From the IMG/VR virus record IMGVR_UViG_3300020048_000027, positions 1 through 64,000 of that record: a DNA stretch of 64,000 nucleotides. One strand, written 5' to 3'. The notes beneath the pieces are model-generated. The model ran no database searches. It was not told where the DNA came from and saw only the letters and a program-made list of their open reading frames with translations. The first letter of the stretch is position 1, and each line of letters starts with the position of its first letter. The translations under genes were made by a program, and so were the position numbers. Below, piece after piece: positions 47,192 to 56,568 of the stretch. Source of the stretch: a virus.

Positions 47192-49000
47192 TTACAATGT
47201 AGTTACTCGTCCTTGTATATCTATATCTGGGTATTTTACTTCAAATATCATAGGGTCATAAGAAGGATATACTATATTATCTTTAGTTGATCCTTCAACG
47301 TCGTATGCATACTCTGAATAATTTCCCCCTGTCCTACCGTATACTTTTATCTTCTGTACTGTCTGTACTCCTTTAACTTTGTCTAATAGTGTAAATATGG
47401 AAGATACATTAATTGGCTGATTTATTGACCATTTTTCTATCTCAAAGTGCACCTTTAAAGCTTCCGTACAACGTAGTAAAACTTCTTTTGATATAAAATT
47501 AGGTAATGTTATAATTTCAAACTGAACTCCTATGTTTATAATAAATGCGTCTTTTAAGTTAATTGCATCTGTAAGTAACATATACTGCGATAGATATGTA
47601 CGTAGGTTTGCTTTTAAGTTTGTGCTTGAAGTAGTAAGTTTCCCTTCGTTATCGTATGCAAGTGTGTATAGGGCAAGTGCGAGTGGGTTACTAAAAGAAT
47701 CTGTACTATTTGCAGATTGGTCTTGTGTTACGTATATTTTAGCAAGTGTTCCGTATTTTGGCGGTAATGACATTGCTCTTACAGTATAATCCTGTAAACT
47801 TACTGCTCTACTCTGTTCTCCAAATGACCTAAGTGCGTTTTGTCTCAACTCCTCTACTGTATCTCCGTCTTTTCCTCCTGTTGCAGGTAGGTTATTATTA
47901 AATGTTAACGTATTTACGTAGCTGGTATCTGTTGCAGAAGTTGTAACTCCAGATGCTTGTGTGATAGTGTTAGCTGGTGCGTTTGATACAATTCCTCCTC
48001 CTGTTATATACCTTATTGTAAGTACAGTGTTTGAAGGAGCGAGTCCATAAGATTTACTAAATAAAAAATTCGAAGGATCGTACGCTTGATCTAAACTATT
48101 TATTCCAATACCCGTACTATTATTAAGTACGTTTTTAGGATTAGGTAAAAAGTTTGTTTCATCTCCCTCTACTACTCCTGCTCCAAATTGGATCTGCATT
48201 TGACCGGTTGAAGTAAATCTAGTTACAAATCGTTTATTAACTTTTTCCAACTGTAAGCTGTAAGGTACTGCTGCTCTATCTGCTGCTACATTTGCAGCAT
48301 CGGTATATACTGTGCTTTGTCCTAAATAAGGTACCTCGTACCATTTATTATCATCGCTATCTGTTATATCTAATATCCCTATTATATCTGTATCTTCTAT
48401 TACAATTGTTTTAAACTTTTCTGCCGACTCACATGTTTCGCTATATGTTTTGATAACTCCTGATATTGCCTTTACTTTCTTACTTAGGATATACTCTGCA
48501 GGGTTTCCGCTATCTACTGAGTAGATTACTATTGAGGTAGGATCGTATGAGCTTGAGAAGTTAAAATCTACCGGGTCTGTGATTAAAAATTTAGGGTTTC
48601 CGGTTGAAGTTGCAGTAACTACAGTATTTGCTCCTAGTACTATAGCTTGATCCCAATTTGGGGAATACCCTGTACCTGTTGCGGATACCAGTTGGCTAAC
48701 TTCTAGCTCTACTTCTGAAACAGTACTTATTTTAGGTCGGTATCCCATCATATATGCGATTGCATACAGGTTTGCAGGGTCCTTTGCGTATTGTGTAAAT
48801 GTTTCTTGTAGCTGTGTGTCTTGGTAAAATGCTAGTACATCTCCTACATAGGCAGCCATTTCGATGAACATTGTGCCCGGTGATGAAGGTGAAAAATCGT
48901 TATAAGTATCCGGGAAGTAATTTTTTGCAAACTCTGTAAGTTGTGTTTTAAAATCTCCGAACTCTTTGTTAATATATTTTATGTCTCTTTCTATAGCCAT
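47192..49000 (-). CDS. baseplate wedge subunit (T4 gp6-like)
   Basis: DFSPSSPGTMFIEMAAYVGDVLAFYQD, IQFGAG, ATGGKDGDTVEELR, QSRAVSLQDY. Confidence 0.9.
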   Translation of the reverse strand: MAIERDIKYINKEFGDFKTQLTEFAKNYFPDTYNDFSPSSPGTMFIEMAAYVGDVLAFYQDTQLQETFTQYAKDPANLYAIAYMMGYRPKISTVSEVELEVSQLVSATGTGYSPNWDQAIVLGANTVVTATSTGNPKFLITDPVDFNFSSSYDPTSIVIYSVDSGNPAEYILSKKVKAISGVIKTYSETCESAEKFKTIVIEDTDIIGILDITDSDDNKWYEVPYLGQSTVYTDAANVAADRAAVPYSLQLEKVNKRFVTRFTSTGQMQIQFGAGVVEGDETNFLPNPKNVLNNSTGIGINSLDQAYDPSNFLFSKSYGLAPSNTVLTIRYITGGGIVSNAPANTITQASGVTTSATDTSYVNTLTFNNNLPATGGKDGDTVEELRQNALRSFGEQSRAVSLQDYTVRAMSLPPKYGTLAKIYVTQDQSANSTDSFSNPLALALYTLAYDNEGKLTTSSTNLKANLRTYLSQYMLLTDAINLKDAFIINIGVQFEIITLPNFISKEVLLRCTEALKVHFEIEKWSINQPINVSSIFTLLDKVKGVQTVQKIKVYGRTGGNYSEYAYDVEGSTKDNIVYPSYDPMIFEVKYPDIDIQGRVTTL

Positions 49001-49410
49001 TATGCCTCAAAGTTAATAGTTATTTCATCCTCTATGTTTGTGTCTACTACTGTATAACTCATCATAAGGTTTATTGTATTATGACTTGGATCTGATTCTA
49101 TCAATAGCTCTTTTACGGAAACTGTTGGAAAATAGCTACTTATTGTATTTCTAACTTCTCTATCTAGTCGTCGAACTGTTGTATCTGTAATTTGTTCAAA
49201 TAAAACCTCTCTAAGGTTTGTACCAAATAGAGGGTTAAGTACTCTTTCTCCTCTACCTGTAAGTAGTAAATTCACTAGATTAGTTCTAATCGCATCTTTA
49301 GACTGATATGTTAAATTAAAGACAGCTCCTGCAGAGAAAGGCAATGCTACTCCTATTGCTTTTCTAGGCTGTAAATCTAAAGGGTTTATTTTTCTTGCTA
49401 AATATGCCAT
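49000..49410 (-). CDS. baseplate protein (gp25 / GPW-like)
   Basis: IRTNLVNLLLTGRGERVLNPLFGTNL..LFE. Confidence 0.9.
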   Translation of the reverse strand: MAYLARKINPLDLQPRKAIGVALPFSAGAVFNLTYQSKDAIRTNLVNLLLTGRGERVLNPLFGTNLREVLFEQITDTTVRRLDREVRNTISSYFPTVSVKELLIESDPSHNTINLMMSYTVVDTNIEDEITINFEA

Positions 49411-49419
49411 TATATGTTT

Positions 49420-49860
49420 CTACTTTACTCCTTCTTTTTCAACTACTGCTTTATTTATTGCACTTGCTTTCTTTAAAAAATTAAGATTTTCTAAATTTAT
49501 TCCTGGTTCTGTTGAGAGTAATCCCATTTGTGCTGCTCTTCTTGATGCTACCGAATTAGTAGACATACTGGAGTCCATATTTATTGCTGTTCTGTAATTT
49601 TCACTTTCGTTATTAGCTCTCATACTCTGCTCTGTCTCTAATAGTAGTTCAGATATAGGGTCTCCTTGATATTTTAAAAATTGCTCTCTAACCTCTTTTT
49701 CTATTCTCGGTTCAATAAATGCTGGTGTAGCAGGTATTTTTACTGAGTCTGCAGGTGTAGATGCAATTGTTATTGCCTCTGTAAGAACCTCTTGTAATTC
49801 CTCTCTAATTGCAAGTCTTACTTCTTCTCTAATAGCCTTCTTTAATTCTGTTAGTGTCAT
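49420..49860 (-). CDS. hypothetical protein with helical leader; start revised to 49860
   Basis: MTLTELKKAIREEVRLAIREELQEVLTEA; TATTTATA at 49866-49873 lies inside the longer ORF call. Confidence 0.65.
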   Translation of the reverse strand: MTLTELKKAIREEVRLAIREELQEVLTEAITIASTPADSVKIPATPAFIEPRIEKEVREQFLKYQGDPISELLLETEQSMRANNESENYRTAINMDSSMSTNSVASRRAAQMGLLSTEPGINLENLNFLKKASAINKAVVEKEGVK

Positions 49861-49879
49861 ATGTTTATAAATAGCGTTA

Positions 49880-51292
49880 TTATGCAAGTTGATTATCCAG
49901 TCTAAATTTAAGCTCGTCTAGTAATATTGAAGTGTCTGAGCTATATGATGCTGGTCCTGTAAGAACTACTACGTTTTGAATATCTCTTGCAGTTGCATAG
50001 TGTTGTGTTAATGTTGAATTTGTTTGTTTATTTGCTAATATCTCTAATGTATATTGTTGACCGTTCCTGGCGGTATATTGATAGTTCGGTGATACTTCGT
50101 ATTTTGCTTTACTGTACAGTTGTAAGGTATCGTAAATCTCTGCTATATTATCTGTAAGGTTGGGTACTTTATCTAGGTTAAGTCTTAAAAGAGTATCTAA
50201 TCCGGATTTTAATTGAACTGTTGCGTTATATAACTTATTAGTATATATACTACCTTCTTTGCTTACCTCTTCTGCAAGATCTATTCTTATATTTTTAAAA
50301 ACACTATCTCCTGTATCTCCAAATAACGACATGATTTTCAACACTTCCTCCGAAGCTGGTGCTCCTGTCTCTACTGCACTGCTTGGTATTATTACTAAAA
50401 TCCCCCCTGATAATGTAGCTTTTGAAGCATTTAAAGTGTTTGATAATACTAACCCTCCTGTTATATTATTATTAGAAATAACTACCTCCTTTATATCCAC
50501 TTTAATAATATTGTTTGTTAATGTAAGACCCCCACTTAATGTTCCGTTAAGAATCTCTCCATTACTAATAGTGGTATTTACTAGGTCTGCTCTTACAACC
50601 CTACCTGCTATCACTACACCTTCTTTTATTTCTATATCTTCAATCGTTACAGGAACTTCCGTAATACCTAATCTACTTTTAATTATAATCCCATCTCTCT
50701 GCTCCCTATCTATCTCTTCTGCTACAAGTGCATTGTATGCATCTACTTCATTCTGCTTAATAAGGTTTAACGCTATCTCTAATTGAGTTGCTACTGCAAT
50801 AATATCAAATAGCGATAATCTTTTTATAAGATTCTGTAGGTCTTCTAAAGGATCTTTTAATACCTCTTCTACTCCGTCAGCATCTTCTGATAGTTGTTTA
50901 ATATACTCTTTAACTTTATGCATTAAGTTAGCGTACTTGGTCGTAATAGATATAGGTAGTCCTATCCCGGGTGGAACAGCTTGCGGAATTGGTAATGCTA
51001 ATATTAGGTTTAACATCGTTTTTAAAGCTGCTAAAGGTGCTCTTATTCTGCCCGGTATACTGTTTAACTTAGTAAGTCTACTATTAACATTACTTATAGT
51101 CTTAGTTAAGTTTGCCCTTGTCTGGTTTAATCTTTTTACATCTAGATTAGTAGGTGCAGTATCCTGTGCAAATTTTCTAACTGCTTTATATAAAGTATCC
51201 GATACTTTTCCCATTACCTTCCCTTGAGCGCTGCCTACTAGCTTTGCTATGCCTCCTACTAATTTCGAATCTGGGATATTAACGTATGCCAT
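49880..51292 (-). CDS. hypothetical baseplate-region protein
   Basis: Long ORF; helical N-terminus with PIPQAVPPGIG, central beta-rich insert. Confidence 0.6.
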   Translation of the reverse strand: MAYVNIPDSKLVGGIAKLVGSAQGKVMGKVSDTLYKAVRKFAQDTAPTNLDVKRLNQTRANLTKTISNVNSRLTKLNSIPGRIRAPLAALKTMLNLILALPIPQAVPPGIGLPISITTKYANLMHKVKEYIKQLSEDADGVEEVLKDPLEDLQNLIKRLSLFDIIAVATQLEIALNLIKQNEVDAYNALVAEEIDREQRDGIIIKSRLGITEVPVTIEDIEIKEGVVIAGRVVRADLVNTTISNGEILNGTLSGGLTLTNNIIKVDIKEVVISNNNITGGLVLSNTLNASKATLSGGILVIIPSSAVETGAPASEEVLKIMSLFGDTGDSVFKNIRIDLAEEVSKEGSIYTNKLYNATVQLKSGLDTLLRLNLDKVPNLTDNIAEIYDTLQLYSKAKYEVSPNYQYTARNGQQYTLEILANKQTNSTLTQHYATARDIQNVVVLTGPASYSSDTSILLDELKFRLDNQLA

Positions 51293-52440
51293 TACTCTAT
51301 AAATACTTTTTTAGACACCAGTGTACCTACCCTACCTTTTAGAGCTTTTACTACCGGTAGTACTGTACTACCTCCCACAATAAGTTTAGCAACTGCTGCT
51401 GGTGGTGCTGGGGGGAGGGTTGCCATTGTATTTGCTAATTTCTCTACCTGTTTTATTAATTCCTTTAACCAATCCACAGCAGATTGACCTAATATTGCAG
51501 GTTCTGTTTCTAACCTAAGTGCTACATTACCCAAGTATATTTTCTCAGCGTCAATACATACATAATCTTCTCCATCTATCGACACTGTTTTGCTACTTAT
51601 TCCTAAAGCTTCTTTAGACATTAGCAAAATATCATTTTCTTTCGCATTAAATATAAGTCTTCCTGCATTTACTACTACTTGATTTCCCTTAAATCTATTT
51701 ACTGCCTGGGGAAGTTCTTTAAAAGCTTTCTGTTTACTGTTCGCTGGTTCAAGCTCGATTCTATGGTTAGAGGCTAGGTAGATTGAATTGTAATCCTTAT
51801 TTACATCCTCTACTACACTATCAAATCCGTTGTCAGTTTCTACTTGACCATTACTTATAACCACCAACGGTGACCCATTATTGCTTGAATTAATCCAAGG
51901 ATTATCCCCGTGCTTAGCTCCTGTCATTCTAATAGATTGTCCAAACCTACCTTCTATTAACGTATCTCCAGGGAAGCTTTGAAGAGGGTTAACTGTGCTT
52001 TTTTCTTCGAATTCTTTACCTAAGTCTGCTTCAGATGATTTAAATTGAGTTGTATCTGGGTATGCATTATGATGAGGGTGATTCCATAGAGGAACTATCT
52101 CTGTATAGTATGTCTTTTTAGCGTTAGGGTTAACCTCTCTACCCCCCTCAGAAGGTCCAGATGTAAGTTTTACTATTTCTCCTTTAAGAGGTACTGTTTT
52201 AATAGACATACTCCCTTGAGATGCAAATTTTAAATCCTCATCTGTAGATTCTACGCCAGGGTTCCCTAACTCCCTATATAATATCCCGTTAATAGCTTGG
52301 GATTTACCGTATTTTTCAAATTGCGGATGAAAAGAGTCCATTATTATATCCACTACTCTACCGTATCCACTAGAAGTCTTTCCTCCTTTAGAAGAACTAC
52401 TTGATCTCTTATACCCTGGTGATGTACTAAATCGTGGCAT
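51292..52440 (-). CDS. baseplate hub/spike-related protein (gp5-like OB fold + beta-helix)
   Basis: GRVVDI, VPLKGEIV, GDTLIEGRFGQSIR, IYLG...EPAILG; adjacent to gp25/gp6. Confidence 0.6.
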   Translation of the reverse strand: MPRFSTSPGYKRSSSSSKGGKTSSGYGRVVDIIMDSFHPQFEKYGKSQAINGILYRELGNPGVESTDEDLKFASQGSMSIKTVPLKGEIVKLTSGPSEGGREVNPNAKKTYYTEIVPLWNHPHHNAYPDTTQFKSSEADLGKEFEEKSTVNPLQSFPGDTLIEGRFGQSIRMTGAKHGDNPWINSSNNGSPLVVISNGQVETDNGFDSVVEDVNKDYNSIYLASNHRIELEPANSKQKAFKELPQAVNRFKGNQVVVNAGRLIFNAKENDILLMSKEALGISSKTVSIDGEDYVCIDAEKIYLGNVALRLETEPAILGQSAVDWLKELIKQVEKLANTMATLPPAPPAAVAKLIVGGSTVLPVVKALKGRVGTLVSKKVFIE

Positions 52441-52787
52441 TACTCTATATTTTTACTTCTTTGCTCCTCTAATTTTTCTTGCTCTTGTAATAAGTCTTGT
52501 AATTCAGAAAAATCTATCATATCTGGTGATGTTCCTTTTACTGTTGCTGTTTCTATTCTCTGAATTACTGTTGCAAGTTTAATAAGATGTTCATCATTTT
52601 TTATACCTATATCCATGTACTCTTTTATCATAGGTACCACTAAAGAAGCATCGCCTACACCTTCAATTAACTCTTTTAATTGCCCTATTAATGCTTTCAC
52701 CTGTCCTCTTGTATTTTTAGAGTTATCATAGATCTCCTTAAACAAGTCTGATAAGGTTTTCCCTTTAAATATCTCTTTATCTCCCAT
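52440..52787 (-). CDS. helical hypothetical protein (possibly small-terminase-like)
   Basis: All-helical, late promoter at 52805-52812; function is a guess. Confidence 0.45.
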   Translation of the reverse strand: MGDKEIFKGKTLSDLFKEIYDNSKNTRGQVKALIGQLKELIEGVGDASLVVPMIKEYMDIGIKNDEHLIKLATVIQRIETATVKGTSPDMIDFSELQDLLQEQEKLEEQRSKNIE

Positions 52788-52815
52788 TCTCGTGCTGTTT
52801 TCTATATAAATAGAT

Positions 52816-53526
52816 TTAACTTACTTTATTATTGACGTCTTCTATAACATTACTACAGTAGTAATCGTACATATAGATAAACTCTGATTTAAGTTTGGTG
52901 ATCACTCTAGTTAAATGAGTAGTTTCACATTCTGTAATCTCTCGTATGTATATATATAACGCTTTCTTTTTAAAAATATCTAAGTCATATCTAGTTTTAA
53001 ATACAGTTAGTACTGCTTCCGCTACTTTCCTCTCCTGTTCTTTTGCAAAAAGCTCTGGCAGCTTTACGTACATTTCGTTTATATAGAAATCTACAAACTC
53101 TCTTAGCTCTTCCTGTCTTAACATATTTAAGTCATAACTCTTCTCATAACTCTCTTCTACTTCCCCGAAATCTCCTACCTGTTTTAGCTTTTTATAATTT
53201 CTTTTATTATAATTTATTAACCATCTCTTAACTATTGTTCCAAAGTAAGAGTAAGCTTTAGCACCATTCGCTGCATCAAACCTATGTATCTTCTCTTCAT
53301 ATAGTATTGAAACTATATCATGCTTTAAATCCTCTACCTTATCTACATCCATATAATAGAATTTAAAGGTATGTATAATATTCTCCGCTAACTTATAGAA
53401 AGGGTAATATATATGCTCTGTAAATATTCTAGCTTTATACTCTTCATCTATAGAGTTGTTATACTTTACTATATATTCTTGAGTTTGCTCTGTAAAGTAG
53501 TTACTCTCCGATTTCTTTCTTGCCAT
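52816..53526 (-). CDS. late-transcription sigma factor (gp55-like)
   Basis: NYFT..., FYKLAENIIH, IHRFD...KAYSYFGTIVKRWLINY resembling sigma region 2 of T4 gp55. Confidence 0.7.
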   Translation of the reverse strand: MARKKSESNYFTEQTQEYIVKYNNSIDEEYKARIFTEHIYYPFYKLAENIIHTFKFYYMDVDKVEDLKHDIVSILYEEKIHRFDAANGAKAYSYFGTIVKRWLINYNKRNYKKLKQVGDFGEVEESYEKSYDLNMLRQEELREFVDFYINEMYVKLPELFAKEQERKVAEAVLTVFKTRYDLDIFKKKALYIYIREITECETTHLTRVITKLKSEFIYMYDYYCSNVIEDVNNKVS

Positions 53527-53803
53527 ACGTTTGTTCTAATATATACTTATTAAGCTCCTCTTGTATTTTCATTAAGTTTTTAAAAAAATCTCCTACCTCA
53601 TCATCTGCTTTAAAAGCTCCTAATAAATCTACCTTCTCTAATTGTTCTTGAGAAGCTGTGATCACCTCATAGATAGAGTTTAAAGTCTCTTGCTGCTCCC
53701 TCAAAGCACGCTCATACCTAACTACCTTATTTAAAGCTGTGTTTAATAAGGAAAGTAGCGCTATAATTATCGCTAAACTAATTATTACTAATAATATCTC
53801 CAT
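53501..53803 (-). CDS. membrane-anchored coiled-coil protein
   Basis: Hydrophobic N-terminus ILLVIISLAIIIALLSLL. Confidence 0.65.
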   Translation of the reverse strand: MEILLVIISLAIIIALLSLLNTALNKVVRYERALREQQETLNSIYEVITASQEQLEKVDLLGAFKADDEVGDFFKNLMKIQEELNKYILEQTYGKKEIGE

Positions 53804-53813
53804 AAATATTTAT

Positions 53814-54455
53814 CTATTTACTGTTTATTTTATATAAATCTGCCTCTACTTTACTCGCTAAATAGTCTGCTGTATGTAGTATATGAACTAAATTACTTTT
53901 AAGTTTAGAAGACTCTATACGATTAAAAAAATACGCTTTATTTGCATCATCAAAGACTCCATCATGTATCCTAATGCCTATATATTCTTGCTGAGATAAT
54001 TTAATACCGTATTTTTGAAGTAGGTATAGTGACCTATCCTGAATTAGCATGAAATCTAAGTCTGGGTTATTTATATAAATTTCCCCTAAGTTATCTCTCC
54101 TCCATTTATTTTCTTGAGGAAGGTAGTTATACCCTTCTCCATCCCCTATTTTACCTAAATCATGAAATAAAGCTGCTACTACTAACTCCTCTACTTCAAA
54201 ATCTATTATACCCCCCATATCTTTATAGGTATTTAATTGTAATAAAGAATATTTTACCACCCTATTCACATGGTCTATATATCCTCCAGGAATAGCATTA
54301 TGATACATATGCTTTGTACTCGCTGGAGACATAGTATAATTATCCCCTAATTCTTCTATCATACTATATATCTGCCCTCTCCTAGTACCTACGTAAGCTT
54401 CTATAATTTTAATATGAGTATTGTAATTAGCCTGTATTTGTTCTGCTGTTAACAT
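53814..54455 (-). CDS. HD-domain phosphohydrolase
   Basis: PAS...YHNA..GGYIDHV, ALFHDLGKIG, IRIHDG, LHTADY. Confidence 0.9.
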   Translation of the reverse strand: MLTAEQIQANYNTHIKIIEAYVGTRRGQIYSMIEELGDNYTMSPASTKHMYHNAIPGGYIDHVNRVVKYSLLQLNTYKDMGGIIDFEVEELVVAALFHDLGKIGDGEGYNYLPQENKWRRDNLGEIYINNPDLDFMLIQDRSLYLLQKYGIKLSQQEYIGIRIHDGVFDDANKAYFFNRIESSKLKSNLVHILHTADYLASKVEADLYKINSK

Positions 54456-54521
54456 TTTTTATAAATTTTATTATTAAGGTTTTAATATTTTTTTATATTT
54501 ACTTTTTAATTAGTTACTATG

Positions 54522-54555
54522 AGTAAGGTACGAAGAAAAAATTTAAGAAACAACT
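54522..54555 (-). promoter_or_regulatory. Bacteroidota-type promoter upstream of the HD/sigma operon
   Basis: AGTTG...TTCGTACCTTA; a second similar site at about 54593-54625. Confidence 0.5.
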
Positions 54556-54605
54556 ATTTAAAAAACGAGTTAAATCTTATTAAAAACTATATATAATATA
54601 CGAAA

Positions 54606-55031
54606 TTATAAGCAGGTAGTCAACTGGAGAGAGGAAGTAACTAATTTTTTTATGTTTAATATTTTAGCACAATATTCATAATATTCTAATTCTTCAAAGT
54701 AATCTAATAACTCTTGTAAAGATTCGTGAATACCCTCAGGATAACGTAGCTGCTCTATTTTTAAAGCATCTTTAATGTACTCTATATTTAACCCAGAAAT
54801 AGTTGAATACACAATAATAAAATACTTGTACTTGTAACTATCTTCCACAGATTCAAATTTATCCGGAAACTTAGCCTTATACATCCGGCTTAACTGTAGG
54901 TATCTCTGCATAAATCCTTGAAAGTTACGTAAAGATTCGTAAAATACATCAGATACAGAAGGTTCCTGCACACCTGCGTAATACTCTTCTTGAAAGCTTT
55001 CAAAAAATTTATTAGGATCTAATTTTAACAT
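54606..55031 (-). CDS. hypothetical protein with C-terminal UVR-like motif
   Basis: LLDYFEELEYYEYCAKI. Confidence 0.6.
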   Translation of the reverse strand: MLKLDPNKFFESFQEEYYAGVQEPSVSDVFYESLRNFQGFMQRYLQLSRMYKAKFPDKFESVEDSYKYKYFIIVYSTISGLNIEYIKDALKIEQLRYPEGIHESLQELLDYFEELEYYEYCAKILNIKKLVTSSLQLTTCL

Positions 55032-55434
55032 TTACCGTTTAACTTTAATATACATAGCTAAATCAGCTGTAAGCTATAGAAAAAAGGGTTTAGACGGAAA
55101 ATTTTCCGGAATTTTTTTTTAATTATAGTGAAAAAAGTCGGTAAAAAGGTAAAAAGGAAACCGCGAGCGTATTTTTAAGAGATTTTTAAGAAGTATACAG
55201 TTAAGAGCTTTCCGCGCAATCTCTCGGAAGTCCTACCCGACTTTTACATTCTACAATCAGATACCTTTATAGTAAATTACCCGGCAGAGGGTAGCCTGGG
55301 TAAGAAAGACCTCTCAATAGTTCAGTGAACTAAAACACAAAAAAAGATTAACAGGTTAGAGGCATTTGCAACAGGTAAAATAACGTCAAGGTTACCGGAT
55401 AACGAAATAGAGGGATAGATACACAACCTTATTA

Positions 55435-55467
55435 AAAAAGAAGACCCCGAAGAAATTCGGGGTTTTT
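55435..55467 (-). terminator. intrinsic terminator ending the early region (possibly bidirectional)
   Basis: AACCCCGAA-tttc-TTCGGGGTC then TTCTTTTTT; T run on the other strand as well. Confidence 0.8.
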
Positions 55468-55490
55468 CCATACAATACTTAAAAGTATAG

Positions 55491-55736
55491 TTAGAGGATC
55501 TTGATTAACCTTCCAGAGACATCATATACTTCGGTAGTTTCAAATCGTATTGCATATTGGCGGACGACATCTGACAGTACTTGGTTAAAATCTGTAAAAG
55601 TCATCAGTAAGTGGAGTAGACTATTCTCATCAAGAAACGGCTTATGTTTCTCTCGATCAAACCGCTCTTGGTAGAAGGGGTAAATCAAGCGTCTTTCATC
55701 CGAAAGACGTATCTGGATATACTGTTCTTTTGTCAT
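55491..55736 (-). CDS. hypothetical early protein
   Basis: Intact ORF coupled to the upstream gene. Confidence 0.65.
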   Translation of the reverse strand: MTKEQYIQIRLSDERRLIYPFYQERFDREKHKPFLDENSLLHLLMTFTDFNQVLSDVVRQYAIRFETTEVYDVSGRLIKIL

Positions 55737-56149
55737 TATTCTTTGATTTTAAGTAGAGGGTGTCCTGTTAATGTTAACGGAGGATATGAATGTACATTAG
55801 AGGAGTAGCTGCCCCCTTCTACTTGTGTCTCTCTCATTTTTTTCATTTCGAAATAGAAGAGTATAGACTTGTACATTTCGTACCCTAAGTCCGCCTCTAT
55901 AAACTTTCCTATACCGTAAGATGCTCCATCTGCTAATTCGGGAAAAGCAAGTTTCTTTATCTCTTTTAGGTAAGTGTCAATAGAATCTCTTCTTTCCCAA
56001 AATTCATCATTATATGCACAATCCCTATAAAGGGCTGTCTCTAAAGCAGTAAGGTGGTGTAGTTCAAATTGTCCGCATAAAGTCCTTGAATGGGTTTCTA
56101 AGGCTAGAGCAATTAGTCTTGCTTGATCTTCATTTAGTTCTATTGTCAT
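55736..56149 (-). CDS. hypothetical early protein
   Basis: Intact ORF. Confidence 0.7.
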   Translation of the reverse strand: MTIELNEDQARLIALALETHSRTLCGQFELHHLTALETALYRDCAYNDEFWERRDSIDTYLKEIKKLAFPELADGASYGIGKFIEADLGYEMYKSILFYFEMKKMRETQVEGGSYSSNVHSYPPLTLTGHPLLKIKE

Positions 56150-56153
56150 GTTA

Positions 56154-56393
56154 TTATAGCTTTTTATTCCAATTTGTGTAGATGTACCTAATAAGGTGCG
56201 AGATAAGTAAAATAACTAGTAGGAACGTAGCCCATCTCCATGATACCTCAAGTAGGTTATCTGAAGGAAAGCAAGGACGGTCTAGGATTCCTCCGAAATC
56301 TGTTTTGTAGCTTAACATTGTATAAAGTATGGCGGATAGTACTATTACTATATATCTTACTTTAGTGATTTTGTTTTTCGCATTCATATTCAT
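56154..56393 (-). CDS. small membrane protein (2 TM)
   Basis: Two hydrophobic segments. Confidence 0.6.
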   Translation of the reverse strand: MNMNAKNKITKVRYIVIVLSAILYTMLSYKTDFGGILDRPCFPSDNLLEVSWRWATFLLVILLISHLIRYIYTNWNKKL

Positions 56394-56568
56394 TAATTTT
56401 GATTAAAATATATATTTTTTTATTCACTCAATTTCTATCAGAAATAGATCCTCACGTATGGCGCTTCCCTACGCCTCTCCCACCGCTTAAGGGAACCTTA
56501 CTGTCAGTGTTATATAAGCCTTATATAAGAGTGATATAACCTTGCACTAATTCCTCTCTCGCTACTCA

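Noticed and set aside
55330-55420. Plus-strand peptide TKTQKKINRLEAFATGK... as a tmRNA-like tag or small gene
   Set aside because: No start codon, no ALAA-type C-terminus and no tRNA-like acceptor or T arm recognised.
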